Assembly: GCA_963842085.1 (NCBI GenBank)
Contig: CAWJET010000001.1
Location: 2,400,001-2,464,000 of the forward strand
Origin: an uncultured delta proteobacterium
Lineage (GTDB): Bacteria; Desulfobacterota; Binatia; Binatales; Binataceae
Direction: 5' to 3'
Length of the DNA: 64,000 nt
Part shown: piece by piece, positions 48,393 to 57,836 of the stretch
Layout of the letters: each line of letters starts with the position of its first letter
Numbering within the stretch: position 1 is the stretch's first letter
Position numbers and translations under genes: made by a program
The notes under the pieces: generated by a model
Seen by the model: the letters and a program-made list of their open reading frames with translations, nothing else
The model's database searches: none
What the model was told of the DNA's origin: nothing

Positions 48393-48908
48393 ATGAGTAC
48401 AGAACGTCAGGCAGATTTTTACGAAGCGGAGCCGCCGCAGGCGTCGCGCGAACTGGCGAAGCTGCGAGCCTCGAGCGACTACGTGGCGCCGTTCGAGATC
48501 GTGCGGCGGCGCGTGATCGACGACGTCTACGAAGGCAAGATGACGGTCGATGCGACGCTCATAATCCGCATCGGCGACATCGAGGAAACCGAAGCGGCGT
48601 CGGGTGTCGGCGTGCTGCACGCGCTCGACGTGGCGCTGCGCAAGGCCCTGCTCAAATATTTTCCGTACCTCGAACCGGTAAAAGTGATCGAAACTTATCA
48701 GCACGCGACCGGCGCTTCGACCGAGGCGGACGTCGTGTCGGTCAAGAAATTTTCCGACGGGCAGATGTTGTGGACCACGCTGGCGAAGTCGTCCAACACG
48801 ATCGAGGCGGCATGGATGTCGCTGCTCGACGGCTACGAATGGCGAATCATCAACGAGAACGCCCGGCTGCGCCGGCTGAACGCGAATTCGCGGCTGTCGC
48901 GGCGCTGA
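48393..48908 (+). CDS. stand-alone LeuA/CimA-type allosteric regulatory domain
   Basis: GVGVLHALDVALRKAL..FP.L and SSNTIEAAWMSLLDG resemble the CimA C-terminus. Confidence 0.7.
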   Translation: MSTERQADFYEAEPPQASRELAKLRASSDYVAPFEIVRRRVIDDVYEGKMTVDATLIIRIGDIEETEAASGVGVLHALDVALRKALLKYFPYLEPVKVIETYQHATGASTEADVVSVKKFSDGQMLWTTLAKSSNTIEAAWMSLLDGYEWRIINENARLRRLNANSRLSRR

Positions 48909-48928
48909 CGGGACAAGGGACGAGCGCG

Positions 48929-49357
48929 ATGACCGTGGGTGAGCAAGCGGCAAACGTCGGCAAGGCGTCGCCGGGCAAGCTGGCGATTTTGTACGACGGC
49001 TCGTGCGAGATGTGCCGCGCGAGCCTCGACGGAATCCGCCAATTCGACAACTCAGGAAACATTGAGCCGCTCGACCTTCATGAAGAAGAAGTGCGCGCAC
49101 AGTTTCCGGAGTTGAAGCTGGAGAACCTGCTCGAGGAATTGCACGCAGTGGACGAGAGCGGGCGCGTGTACCGCGGCGCGCGTGCGATCAACGAAATCCT
49201 GCGGCGGCAGCGCGGGCTCAAGGGCTGCCTCGCATACCTGTGGTATGTCCCCGGCTACGCGTGGCTGGCGGACCGGCAGTACAAGCGGATCGCGGCGTCG
49301 AGATACGCACGCGATGCGCGCGGCAGGCTCAAGGGGCAGCCGGCCGGGGAGCAATAG
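48929..49357 (+). CDS. DCC/DUF393 thiol-disulfide oxidoreductase family
   Basis: LYDGSCEMC (DxxCxxC), YKRIAASRY. Confidence 0.85.
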   Translation: MTVGEQAANVGKASPGKLAILYDGSCEMCRASLDGIRQFDNSGNIEPLDLHEEEVRAQFPELKLENLLEELHAVDESGRVYRGARAINEILRRQRGLKGCLAYLWYVPGYAWLADRQYKRIAASRYARDARGRLKGQPAGEQ

Positions 49358-49387
49358 TCGCCTCTTCCCCCAAGCCCCGCATCTCTG

Positions 49388-49433
49388 TTTTAACATTGGG
49401 TGCAGGGGATGCGCCGGGGGCGATCGCCCCTGC
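49388..49433 (-). repeat. repeat family B, copy 3 (long form)
   Basis: Minus strand GCAGGGGCGATCGCCCCCGGCGCATCCCCTGCACCCAATGTTAAAA. Confidence 0.8.
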
Positions 49434-49453
49434 TAAGCTTGGCGCTCGCACTC

Positions 49454-50881
49454 GTGAAACCATTCTACATTTTCAATTCGCTCAACCGCGCGGTCGAGGA
49501 GTTTCGGCCGCTCAATCCGCCCGAGGTCACGCTGTATTCGTGCGGGCCGACGGTCTATCTGCCGCAGCATCTCGGGAATTTGCGCGCGTACGTGTTCGTC
49601 GACAGCCTGCGCCGAACGCTGGAGTTCAACGGCTACCGGGTGCGTCACGTGATGAACGTGACGGACGTCGGGCACATGACGGGCGACCTGGACGAGGGCG
49701 AGGACAAAGTCGAGAAAACCGCACGCGCGCAGGGTAAATCGCCGCTCGCGGTCGCGAACTATTATCTCGAGCAGTTCCAGCGCGATTGCGCGGCGCTCAA
49801 TCTCGAGCCGCCGCACGTGTGGTCGCGCGCGACCGATCATATCGGCGACATGATCGCGCTGACCGCGAGAATTATCGACGCGGGATTTGCCTACGTCACC
49901 AACAGCGGCGTGTACTTCGACGTCGAGAAGTATCGCGGGGAGAATCGCCTCGGGCGGCTCTCGCGCCAGAGCCTCGATGAGCAGAACGCCGCGCAACGCC
50001 TCGAGCATTCGGCGGACAAGCGTAGCCCGCACGATTTCACGCTGTGGGTGCTCGGCCAGCCCGGCCATCTGATGCAATGGGACAGTCCGTGGGGACGCGG
50101 CTATCCGGGCTGGCATATCGAGTGCTCGGCGATGGCGATGAAATACCTGGGCGAGACTATCGACATCCACACCGGCGGCATCGATCACATCCCGGTGCAT
50201 CACGAGAACGAAATCGCGCAGTCGGAAAGCGCAACTCACAAACCGTTCGCGCGATATTTTGTACATAACGCGTTTCTCGTCGGCAAGGAGGGATCCAAGA
50301 TCAGCAAGAGCGCGGGCAAGTTCCCGCTGCTGAGCGATCTTGGGCCGGCGGGAATCGAGCCGCTGGCGTTCAGGATCTTCTGCTACGGCGCGAAGTACCG
50401 CTCCGAGCTTGCCTTCAACGACGAGGCCATCCGCGCGGCGCAGCGCAATCTCGATTACTTTCGGGAGTTCGCGCGCGGCGTGCCCGACGAGGCGGCGGCC
50501 GACGGGGTCGAGGCGGCGGGATGGGCGGCGGAGTACTACGAACGCTTTCACGACGCGATTAACAACGATCTGAATACGCCGCAGGCGCTTGCAGTGGCGC
50601 TGGAACTGATCGCGGAGGTATACCGGCGCAAGGATTTCCGCGCGTGGCCGACCTTGCGCGCGCTCGACACGGTGTTGGGGCTCGAACTCGGAAAGCATCG
50701 CGCGACGGCGCGCGCGGGTGCGATCGCGTCAGACGTGCAGCAACTGATCGACAATCGAACGGCAGCCCGCAAGGCGAAGGACTTCATACTCGCCGACGAG
50801 CTGCGCAAGGAAATCGAGCGGCGCGGCTACGAGGTCAAGGACAATCGCGACGGCACGGCGACCTATCAGCGGCGCGGCTGA
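49454..50881 (+). CDS. cysS: cysteine--tRNA ligase
   Basis: CGPTVY, HLGN, TDVGH, PGWHIECS, HHENE, KISKS. Confidence 0.96.
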   Translation: MKPFYIFNSLNRAVEEFRPLNPPEVTLYSCGPTVYLPQHLGNLRAYVFVDSLRRTLEFNGYRVRHVMNVTDVGHMTGDLDEGEDKVEKTARAQGKSPLAVANYYLEQFQRDCAALNLEPPHVWSRATDHIGDMIALTARIIDAGFAYVTNSGVYFDVEKYRGENRLGRLSRQSLDEQNAAQRLEHSADKRSPHDFTLWVLGQPGHLMQWDSPWGRGYPGWHIECSAMAMKYLGETIDIHTGGIDHIPVHHENEIAQSESATHKPFARYFVHNAFLVGKEGSKISKSAGKFPLLSDLGPAGIEPLAFRIFCYGAKYRSELAFNDEAIRAAQRNLDYFREFARGVPDEAAADGVEAAGWAAEYYERFHDAINNDLNTPQALAVALELIAEVYRRKDFRAWPTLRALDTVLGLELGKHRATARAGAIASDVQQLIDNRTAARKAKDFILADELRKEIERRGYEVKDNRDGTATYQRRG

Positions 50882-50913
50882 TCTACCAAGCCAAGGAAAT
50901 AGCGGATTTTTTC

Positions 50914-50941
50914 TTAATACTGGTGCAGGGGTCACCCCTGC
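50914..50941 (-). repeat. repeat family B, copy 4 (short form)
   Basis: Minus strand GCAGGGG-TGA-CCCCTGCACCAGTATTAA. Confidence 0.8.
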
Positions 50942-51015
50942 TGCCTTGAATGGTTGCGCGAAAGTCTCTTAGAATCGCGCCTTGACGCTTCGAATTGTCT
51001 GCCCAGAAGGAACCA

Positions 51016-51882
51016 ATGGGGATCGAGTTAAAGAAGTTCGACACCAGGCTGCAGGCCGAGGGACCCGAGGTACGCCATCTCGACCCCGCCGCAGCGCCGT
51101 TCTACCTGCCGATTAGCGACGAGGTGGAAATCTTCACCGCCGCCTACAAGGCGCGACTGCCGTTGCTGCTCAAGGGACCGACGGGATGCGGCAAGACCCG
51201 CTTCGTCGAGCACATGGCGCATCAGTTGTCATCGCTCGCCAACGGCCCCAATGAGCTGATCACGGTTGCGTGTCACGAGGATCTCACCGGCAGCGACCTG
51301 GTCGGCCGCTTCCTGATCCAGGCCGACGAGACGGTTTGGGTCGACGGTCCGCTGACACAGGCCGTGCGGCGCGGCGCGATTTGTTACCTGGACGAAGTGG
51401 TCGAGGCGCGCAAGGACACGACCGTGCTGATCCATCCGCTGTCGGATCACCGGCGGATTCTGCCGATCGAAAAGCGCGGCGAGACGATCGAGGCGCACGA
51501 CGGATTTCTGCTGGTGATTTCGTATAACCCCGGCTACCAGAGCATCCAGAAAAACCTGAAGCATTCGACGCGCCAGCGCTTCGTGACGATCGAGTTCACC
51601 TATCCGCCGGCGGACAAGGAAGTCGAGATTATCGCGCACGAGGCAGGCGTCGAGCAGGATATCGCGTCGCAACTGGCGGTGCTGGGCGAGAAGGTGCGTC
51701 ATCTTAAGGCGTCGGGCCTGGAGGAGGGCGTTTCGACGCGCCTGTTGATCTACGCCGGTGAACTGATCCGGCAGGGGATTGCGCCGCGGCGCGCGGCGAC
51801 GGTCGCGGTCACGTGGTCGCTGACCGACGAAGCCGACAGCAAGCGCGCGATCGACGAAGTGGTAAAAGCGATCTTTCCATAA
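51016..51882 (+). CDS. CbbQ/NirQ/NorQ-family AAA+ ATPase
   Basis: [42 protein letters not shown]. Confidence 0.93.
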   Translation: MGIELKKFDTRLQAEGPEVRHLDPAAAPFYLPISDEVEIFTAAYKARLPLLLKGPTGCGKTRFVEHMAHQLSSLANGPNELITVACHEDLTGSDLVGRFLIQADETVWVDGPLTQAVRRGAICYLDEVVEARKDTTVLIHPLSDHRRILPIEKRGETIEAHDGFLLVISYNPGYQSIQKNLKHSTRQRFVTIEFTYPPADKEVEIIAHEAGVEQDIASQLAVLGEKVRHLKASGLEEGVSTRLLIYAGELIRQGIAPRRAATVAVTWSLTDEADSKRAIDEVVKAIFP

Positions 51883-51943
51883 GTTGCGGCAAGATTCGTG
51901 ACTCGACGCGAATGACTCCAACCAATCCAGCGAGGTCGCGTAA

Positions 51944-52984
51944 ATGACAGTCTCCGCAAACTTCAAGGTGATTCTGGCTTTGGCCGCGACGCTCGCGATG
52001 CTCGGCTTGGGGGCGCCTGCGATGGCGCAGGAACCGATGGCCGGGCTCCAGGCACAGTCGGGACCGCGGCTGGATTTTCCGGCCGGGCTGGCGACCGACG
52101 GCCGCGCCGTTTACGTCGCTAACAGCCGCAACAATACCGTCGAGGCGATTGATACGGCGACGAGGTCGCTCCGAATCGTGGCGGGCAAGCTCTTCCAGGA
52201 AGGCAGCAACGACGGCGTTGGCGACACTGCGCGCTTCAACAGCCCGGACGGGATGACGATGTCGGGGCAGAACCTCTACCTTTGCGACACCAACAATTCC
52301 GACGTTCGCCAGGTCAACGTCAGCAGCGGAGCTGTCACCACCATCGCGGGCACGGCGAATATCTCCGGCACCGAAGACGGCTCCGGCGCGGCGGCGCACT
52401 TCAACCTGCCCACCCAGATCGCGACCGACGGCACCTCGCTGTACGTGGCTGACAGCGGCAACAACACCATCCGGCGCATCACGCTCGGCGACATGAAAGT
52501 CAAGACGATCGGTGGACAGGCAGGCACTGCGGGCAAGACCGAAGGCGGTCCGGACAAGTCACAGTTCAGCAGCCCGCGCGGAATCGCGGTTGACAAGAAA
52601 GCGATCTACGTCTCGGATACCGGCAACGACGTGATCCGCAAGATCGATATCACGACGCTCCAGACCAGCACCTTGGCGGGCACCGGCGAGGAAGGCGACA
52701 AAGACGGTCCCGCCCTGCAGGCGCAGTTCAACGACCCCGGCGCGTTGTGCACCGACGGCACGATGCTCTACGTGCTGGACGCCGACAATCATTCGATTCG
52801 CAAGATCGATCTGAACGCCAACACCGTGACCAAAGTGACTCTCGTCAACGGCCATATCGGTTCGGGCTGTGCGCTCAGCAGCGATGGCAAGCAGCTCTAC
52901 TTCTCCGACACCACCGAGAACGCCGTCGAGGTCGTCGATACCACCAGCGGCAACTTCACCACGCTCTATCCTCCGGGGCAGTAA
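51944..52984 (+). CDS. exported NHL-repeat beta-propeller protein
   Basis: Signal peptide (AMA/Q); repeated F..P...TDG..LYV.D..N..IR units. Confidence 0.88.
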   Translation: MTVSANFKVILALAATLAMLGLGAPAMAQEPMAGLQAQSGPRLDFPAGLATDGRAVYVANSRNNTVEAIDTATRSLRIVAGKLFQEGSNDGVGDTARFNSPDGMTMSGQNLYLCDTNNSDVRQVNVSSGAVTTIAGTANISGTEDGSGAAAHFNLPTQIATDGTSLYVADSGNNTIRRITLGDMKVKTIGGQAGTAGKTEGGPDKSQFSSPRGIAVDKKAIYVSDTGNDVIRKIDITTLQTSTLAGTGEEGDKDGPALQAQFNDPGALCTDGTMLYVLDADNHSIRKIDLNANTVTKVTLVNGHIGSGCALSSDGKQLYFSDTTENAVEVVDTTSGNFTTLYPPGQ

Positions 52985-53011
52985 CACGGCACGCGCGGCG
53001 GGCATCGCGAC

Positions 53012-54058
53012 TTGATCGATCTGCGCAGCGACACTGTAACCTTGCCGACGCCCGCGATGCGCGAGGCAATCGCGCGCGCCGAGCTGGGTGACGACGTTTA
53101 CGGCGAAGACCCCAGCGTGAACCGGCTCCAGGCGATGGCGGCGTCGCTGATGGGCAAGGAGGCGGCGCTGCTCGTGCCGAGCGGCACGATGGGCAACCTG
53201 GCCGCGATGCTGACGCACTGCGCGCGCGGCACCAAGGCAATAGTCGGCTCCCAGTCGCACACCAATCTTTACGAGGCGGGCGGCGCGTCGGCTCTGGGAA
53301 GCATCGTGCTCACCGCGGTCGCCAACACCGAGGACGGCGAGCTCGACCCGGGCGAACTCGCGCGCGAGCTCGGTACGCCGGCCGACGATCACTTCGCGCA
53401 GCCGTCGCTGGTGGTGATAGAGAACACTCATAACCGATGCGGCGGCGCGCCGATCAAGCTCTCGCACATGGCGGAGGTTTCCGGCGCGGCGCATCGCCGA
53501 GGAGTTCCGCTGCATCTTGACGGCGCGCGAATCTTCAACGCCGCGCTGGCGCTCGAGACGACTCCGAAAGAAATCGCCGGCATCGCGGATACGGTTTCGT
53601 TCTGCCTGTCGAAGGGACTCGGATGTCCGGTGGGCTCTCTCCTGTGCGGGAGCCGCGAGTTTATCGCGCGCGCGCATCGCACGCGCAAGGTGCTGGGCGG
53701 CGGAATGCGGCAGGCGGGAATAATCGCCGCGGCCGGAATCGTCGCGCTGACCACGATGGTCGATCGGCTGGCCGAAGATCATCAGAATGCGCGCGCGCTG
53801 GCGCAGGGCCTGGCGCTGGTCGCCGGACTGAACGTGCGGCCGGTCGCGAACCGGACCAACATGGTCGTGTTCGACGTCGACGGCGACGCCGAAACGTCGC
53901 GGCGTTTCGCGGCGGCGATGCGTGAGCGGGGGGTCCTGATCTCGCCGCGCGAGGCGACCTCGTTCCGCGCCGTGACCCATCATGGAATTTCGCGCGCCGA
54001 CATCGATCGCGCGGTCGCGGCGGCCGCCCAAGCCGCCGGCGAAGTTTTCGGCGACTGA
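53012..54058 (+). CDS. ltaE: low-specificity L-threonine aldolase
   Basis: DLRSDTVT, PSGTMGN, ENTHN, HLDGAR, CLSKGLG, GGGMRQAG. Confidence 0.95.
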   Translation: MIDLRSDTVTLPTPAMREAIARAELGDDVYGEDPSVNRLQAMAASLMGKEAALLVPSGTMGNLAAMLTHCARGTKAIVGSQSHTNLYEAGGASALGSIVLTAVANTEDGELDPGELARELGTPADDHFAQPSLVVIENTHNRCGGAPIKLSHMAEVSGAAHRRGVPLHLDGARIFNAALALETTPKEIAGIADTVSFCLSKGLGCPVGSLLCGSREFIARAHRTRKVLGGGMRQAGIIAAAGIVALTTMVDRLAEDHQNARALAQGLALVAGLNVRPVANRTNMVVFDVDGDAETSRRFAAAMRERGVLISPREATSFRAVTHHGISRADIDRAVAAAAQAAGEVFGD

Positions 54059-54079
54059 AAACTTTAATGTGAGGTTGCT

Positions 54080-54460
54080 ATGATCAAACTCGTTTACGTG
54101 GTCCGAAAACGCGCTGACGTCTCCGAAAAAGATTTCCACGAGTACTGGCTGAAGAAGCACGGACCGCTGGTGCGCAGCTTCGCGAAAGCGATGCGCGCGA
54201 GAAAATACGTGCAGAGCCACACCGTGTTGGAAGACGCGGGCAGGCAGATTCGCGCCACCCGCCCCAGGATGACGGAGACCTATGACGGCATCACCGAGGT
54301 ATGGTGGGACACGCTCGAGGATTTCAGTTCAGTCACCGACCCCAATGACCGTACTGAGGCGGCCCGCGCCCTGCTCGAAGACGAATCCAAGTTCGTTGAT
54401 TTCGAGCGCTCCTCGATTTTCTTCACCGAAGAGCACGAGATCTTTGACTACACGAAGTAG
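54080..54460 (+). CDS. EthD-family protein
   Basis: FHEYW...HGPL, YDGITEVWW, DESKF. Confidence 0.85.
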   Translation: MIKLVYVVRKRADVSEKDFHEYWLKKHGPLVRSFAKAMRARKYVQSHTVLEDAGRQIRATRPRMTETYDGITEVWWDTLEDFSSVTDPNDRTEAARALLEDESKFVDFERSSIFFTEEHEIFDYTK

Positions 54461-55274
54461 CCTGGAACCAGGCTTCGTCCGGGGCGAAGACTCGGATTCG
54501 CTCGAAGCTCTTTTCTCTCTGCGCGGACATCGCGCACTGGTCACCGGCGCGTCGTCCGGGCTGGGCGTGGAATGCGCGAAAGCGCTGGCGATTGCGGGCG
54601 CCGACGTGGCGCTCGTCGCGCGTCGCAAGGACCGCGTCACGCAAGTTGCGGCCGTGCTGGCGAAAGCCCACGGCGTCAAGGCTGTTGGAATCGGCGCCGA
54701 CGTGACGCGCGAGGCCGACCTCGATCGCGTGATGGCCGAGACGACGGCCGCGCTTGGCGACGTGGACATCCTGGTGAACAACGCGGGCGTGTCGCCGACC
54801 GGTCGCGCCGAGAACTTCAAGCGCGAGGCGTGGGACGAAGCAATCGCGGTCAACCTGACCGCGCCGATGATGCTCGCGCAGCGCGTCGCGCGCCGCCTGA
54901 TCGAGACCAAACAGCCGGGCCGCATCATCAACATGGTTTCGATTTACGCATCGGTGGCGAGTTCCGTGTACCGGCTGTCGGCCTACGCGGCGACCAAGGC
55001 GGCGTTGGCGAATCTGACGCGTCAGTTGGCGGTCGAATGGGCCGGCTACGGGATCCTGGTCAACGCGATCGCGCCGGGATGGATCCCCACCGAGGCGACC
55101 GAAGGCGGAATCGCCAAGCCCGCGAACAAGGATCGGATGGAAGCGTTCACGCCGATGAAGCGGCTCGGGCTGCCGCATGAGGTTCGCGGCGCGGTCATCT
55201 TCCTTGCCAGTCCGGCTTCAAGCTACGTTACGGGGTCGGTGATTTCGGTGGACGGCGGATACCAGGCGTGGTGA
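54444..55274 (+). CDS. short-chain dehydrogenase (probable TTG start)
   Basis: TGASSGLG, NNAG, YAATK, DGG. Confidence 0.88.
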   Translation: MTTRSSLEPGFVRGEDSDSLEALFSLRGHRALVTGASSGLGVECAKALAIAGADVALVARRKDRVTQVAAVLAKAHGVKAVGIGADVTREADLDRVMAETTAALGDVDILVNNAGVSPTGRAENFKREAWDEAIAVNLTAPMMLAQRVARRLIETKQPGRIINMVSIYASVASSVYRLSAYAATKAALANLTRQLAVEWAGYGILVNAIAPGWIPTEATEGGIAKPANKDRMEAFTPMKRLGLPHEVRGAVIFLASPASSYVTGSVISVDGGYQAW

Positions 55275-56713
55275 ACGATACCGGGCTTAGAGCGCAACTT
55301 TTCCGGCGCAAGCCGGCTGCCACCTTGATGGCGGAGGCGGACTCGCGCGACGGGGGCCTCAAGCGGGCTCTGGGAGCGCTCGATCTCACGCTGCTGGGGA
55401 TAGGCGCGATCGTTGGCGCTGGAATTTTCGTGCTCACCGGCGTAGCCGCGGCAAGATACGCGGGCCCGGCAATCGTGCTCTCGTTCGTAGTGTCGGGCTT
55501 CGCCTGCGCGATGGCGGCGCTGTGCTATGCGGAGTTCGCCGCGATGATCCCGGTGGCCGGCAGCGCGTATTCATATTCGTACGCGACGATGGGCGAGCTG
55601 GTCGGCTGGATCATCGGATGGGACCTGGTGCTCGAATACGCGGTCGGCGCGGCCGCCGTCGCCGTGGGATGGTCGGGCTATCTTACCGTCATTCTCCACG
55701 GACTTGGGCTGCACCTGCCGGTTGCGATAACCAGCGCACCCGGCTCCGCTCCCGGCGCGATCGTCAACCTGCCCGCGTTGCTGATCGTGATGCTGATCAC
55801 GTGGGTGCTGTACATCGGAATTTCGGAGAGCGCGCGGCTCAATTCGATCATCGTCGGGATCAAGCTGTGCGTGATCGGCGCCGTGATCGTTGTCGGCGCG
55901 TTCTTCGTCAGGCCGGCGAACTGGAGTCCGTTCGCGCCGATGGGATGGTCGGGAGTGATGAAGGGCGCGGCGGTGATTTTTTTCGCATACATCGGCTTCG
56001 ATGCGGTCTCGACAGCGGCGGAAGAGGTCGTCGATCCCAATCGCGACCTGCCGCTCGGCATTCTCGGTTCGCTGTTCGTCTGCACCTTGCTCTACATCCT
56101 GGTCGCGGGCGTGTTGACCGGGATGGTGCCGGCGCATCTGATCGACGTGAACGCGCCGCTGGCCTCGGCGTTTGTGCTGCGCGGGATGCATGCGTTGTCG
56201 GGATTTATTTCGCTCGGCGCGGTGGCGGGCCTGACCTCGGTGCTGCTGGTGCTGATGCTCGGGCAGTCGCGGGTTTTTTTCGCCGTGTCGCGCGACGGCC
56301 TGCTGCCGCCCGCCTTCAGCCGGATTCATCCGAAGTATCGCACGCCTTATATTCCGACCACGCTGACGGGTTTCGCGGTCGGAATCACCGCGGCGCTCCT
56401 GCCGATCCAGGAAATCGCCGAGCTGACCAATATCGGGACGCTGTTCGCGTTCGTGCTGGTATGTTTCGGCGTATGGATCCTGCGCCACGTCGAGCCCGGC
56501 TTGAAGCGCCCGTTCCGCACGCCGCTGGTGCCGCTGGTGCCGATTCTCGGCGTCGTTTTTTGCCTCTACCTGATGGCGAGTCTGCCGGTGGTGACGTGGA
56601 TTCGTTTCTTTGTGTGGCTGGTGATCGGCCTGGTCATCTACTTCAGCTACGGCCGCTTCCACAGCCGGGTACAGAACAACGTAGTCGATCAGGCCGCCGC
56701 GTCAGGCAGATAG
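55271..56713 (+). CDS. APC amino-acid permease
   Basis: GAIVGAGIF, GSAYSY, FFAYIGFD; many TM segments. Confidence 0.93.
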   Translation: MNDTGLRAQLFRRKPAATLMAEADSRDGGLKRALGALDLTLLGIGAIVGAGIFVLTGVAAARYAGPAIVLSFVVSGFACAMAALCYAEFAAMIPVAGSAYSYSYATMGELVGWIIGWDLVLEYAVGAAAVAVGWSGYLTVILHGLGLHLPVAITSAPGSAPGAIVNLPALLIVMLITWVLYIGISESARLNSIIVGIKLCVIGAVIVVGAFFVRPANWSPFAPMGWSGVMKGAAVIFFAYIGFDAVSTAAEEVVDPNRDLPLGILGSLFVCTLLYILVAGVLTGMVPAHLIDVNAPLASAFVLRGMHALSGFISLGAVAGLTSVLLVLMLGQSRVFFAVSRDGLLPPAFSRIHPKYRTPYIPTTLTGFAVGITAALLPIQEIAELTNIGTLFAFVLVCFGVWILRHVEPGLKRPFRTPLVPLVPILGVVFCLYLMASLPVVTWIRFFVWLVIGLVIYFSYGRFHSRVQNNVVDQAAASGR

Positions 56714-56758
56714 GCACTGGTTCAGTTTGGCTTGATTTGGCCTTTTGTTTCTCGACGC

Positions 56759-57058
56759 TTAGGGATGTGGAGTGATCGCCAGGATCGTCATTTGCCCAGT
56801 TTTAGGACCATAGCAGAAGAAGACTCGAAAAGCCGCGGGCGTCCTGTTCTCTGCATACGCCTCAAAAACTTTCTGGCCTTGCGGACCGGAAAGCTTCGAG
56901 TACTCATGCGTATTTAAGCTCGGATGGCGAGGGTTCATTTCTAAGAGGCCGAGTGTTTTCTGAACGGCGCGAAGTCGCTTGCCGGCACCGGGATCTTTCG
57001 ACAGCAGCGCAAGCGCGTCTCGTGCTGATGGCGTGAAAACCAGGCGAAACTTCCCCAC
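56759..57058 (-). CDS. RelE/ParE-superfamily-like toxin
   Basis: 99 aa, basic; FTPSA, NPRHPSLNTH, FRVFF, ITPHP; lies just downstream of a small acidic-tailed gene. Confidence 0.7.
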   Translation of the reverse strand: MGKFRLVFTPSARDALALLSKDPGAGKRLRAVQKTLGLLEMNPRHPSLNTHEYSKLSGPQGQKVFEAYAENRTPAAFRVFFCYGPKTGQMTILAITPHP

Positions 57059-57069
57059 CGGACCTTCCC

Positions 57070-57408
57070 CTAGTCAATCTCGTCGTCTGCATATTTTTCG
57101 AACGATCCCACGTCCATCAGTTTTCCTTCGCGCGCCTCCTCCAAGCCTCTCACGACCATTTTCAGCGCTTCAGGGTTGCGGTACAGCCAAAGTTCGTGCA
57201 TCGGCACTGAAATCTCTGGTGAGAGCAACACTTGCCCAGCGTCGTTTACGTAGATGCCAAATCGGATCGCTGGGTCCAATTCGCCTCCGAGGATTTGCTT
57301 CAAGGATTCCAACGTCTTCGCCAGCGAGACCCGTTTTCGTTCATCGAGTGATGCTTCGCCGATTCGTTTAAAGCTGTCGTTCAATACCGCGGTCGCCATC
57401 TGTGCCAT
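57070..57408 (-). CDS. putative antitoxin (AbrB/MraZ-like N-terminus)
   Basis: GGAGA SD; LDERKRVSL, ELWLYRNPEA...GLEEAREGK, acidic tail. Confidence 0.7.
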   Translation of the reverse strand: MAQMATAVLNDSFKRIGEASLDERKRVSLAKTLESLKQILGGELDPAIRFGIYVNDAGQVLLSPEISVPMHELWLYRNPEALKMVVRGLEEAREGKLMDVGSFEKYADDEID

Positions 57409-57491
57409 CTCTGTTTCTCCTATTGCGTCGACTGTTACGACGTAACAATGGGGATAATATTCAAATGCAACAATGAGCCAATAAGCTAAAC

Positions 57492-57707
57492 GTGTCAAAT
57501 GTACCGACTACCCCTCTTAATGCCGCTCGACTTGCAAAACACCTTGAGATTACGCGCGAAGCTGCGCGACTGAGGCTTCAAAAAGCCGCAAAAGCCGGCT
57601 TGATCTCGCGAATGGCTAACGGGCGGTATCGGACGCGGAAACCGCAAGAGTCAAAGGCCGACGCGATGTTATCTAGGATACAGGAGGGCGAGACAGTGGA
57701 AGAATAA
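57492..57707 (+). CDS. small winged-helix-like protein or remnant
   Basis: AARLAKHLEITREAARLRL...GLI...GRY pattern; weak start context. Confidence 0.4.
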   Translation: MSNVPTTPLNAARLAKHLEITREAARLRLQKAAKAGLISRMANGRYRTRKPQESKADAMLSRIQEGETVEE

Positions 57708-57836
57708 AAAAGCGGCTCAGACTATCACCGTCACAAACTGAACCACTACCGCCCGATAGCAAGTCGCCGCGATATTGCGTTGCCACGACTGAAAAACGTC
57801 CGCTGCCCGGATTGCTGACGAAAAAACGTATGCGCG

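Larger units (their letters stand above)
56713..57750. mobile_element. AT-richer cassette bounded by 17-bp inverted repeats, carrying a TA pair
   Basis: GGCACTGGTTCAGTTTG (56713-29) versus CAAACTGAACCACTACC (57734-50): 15/17 as inverted repeats. Confidence 0.55.
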
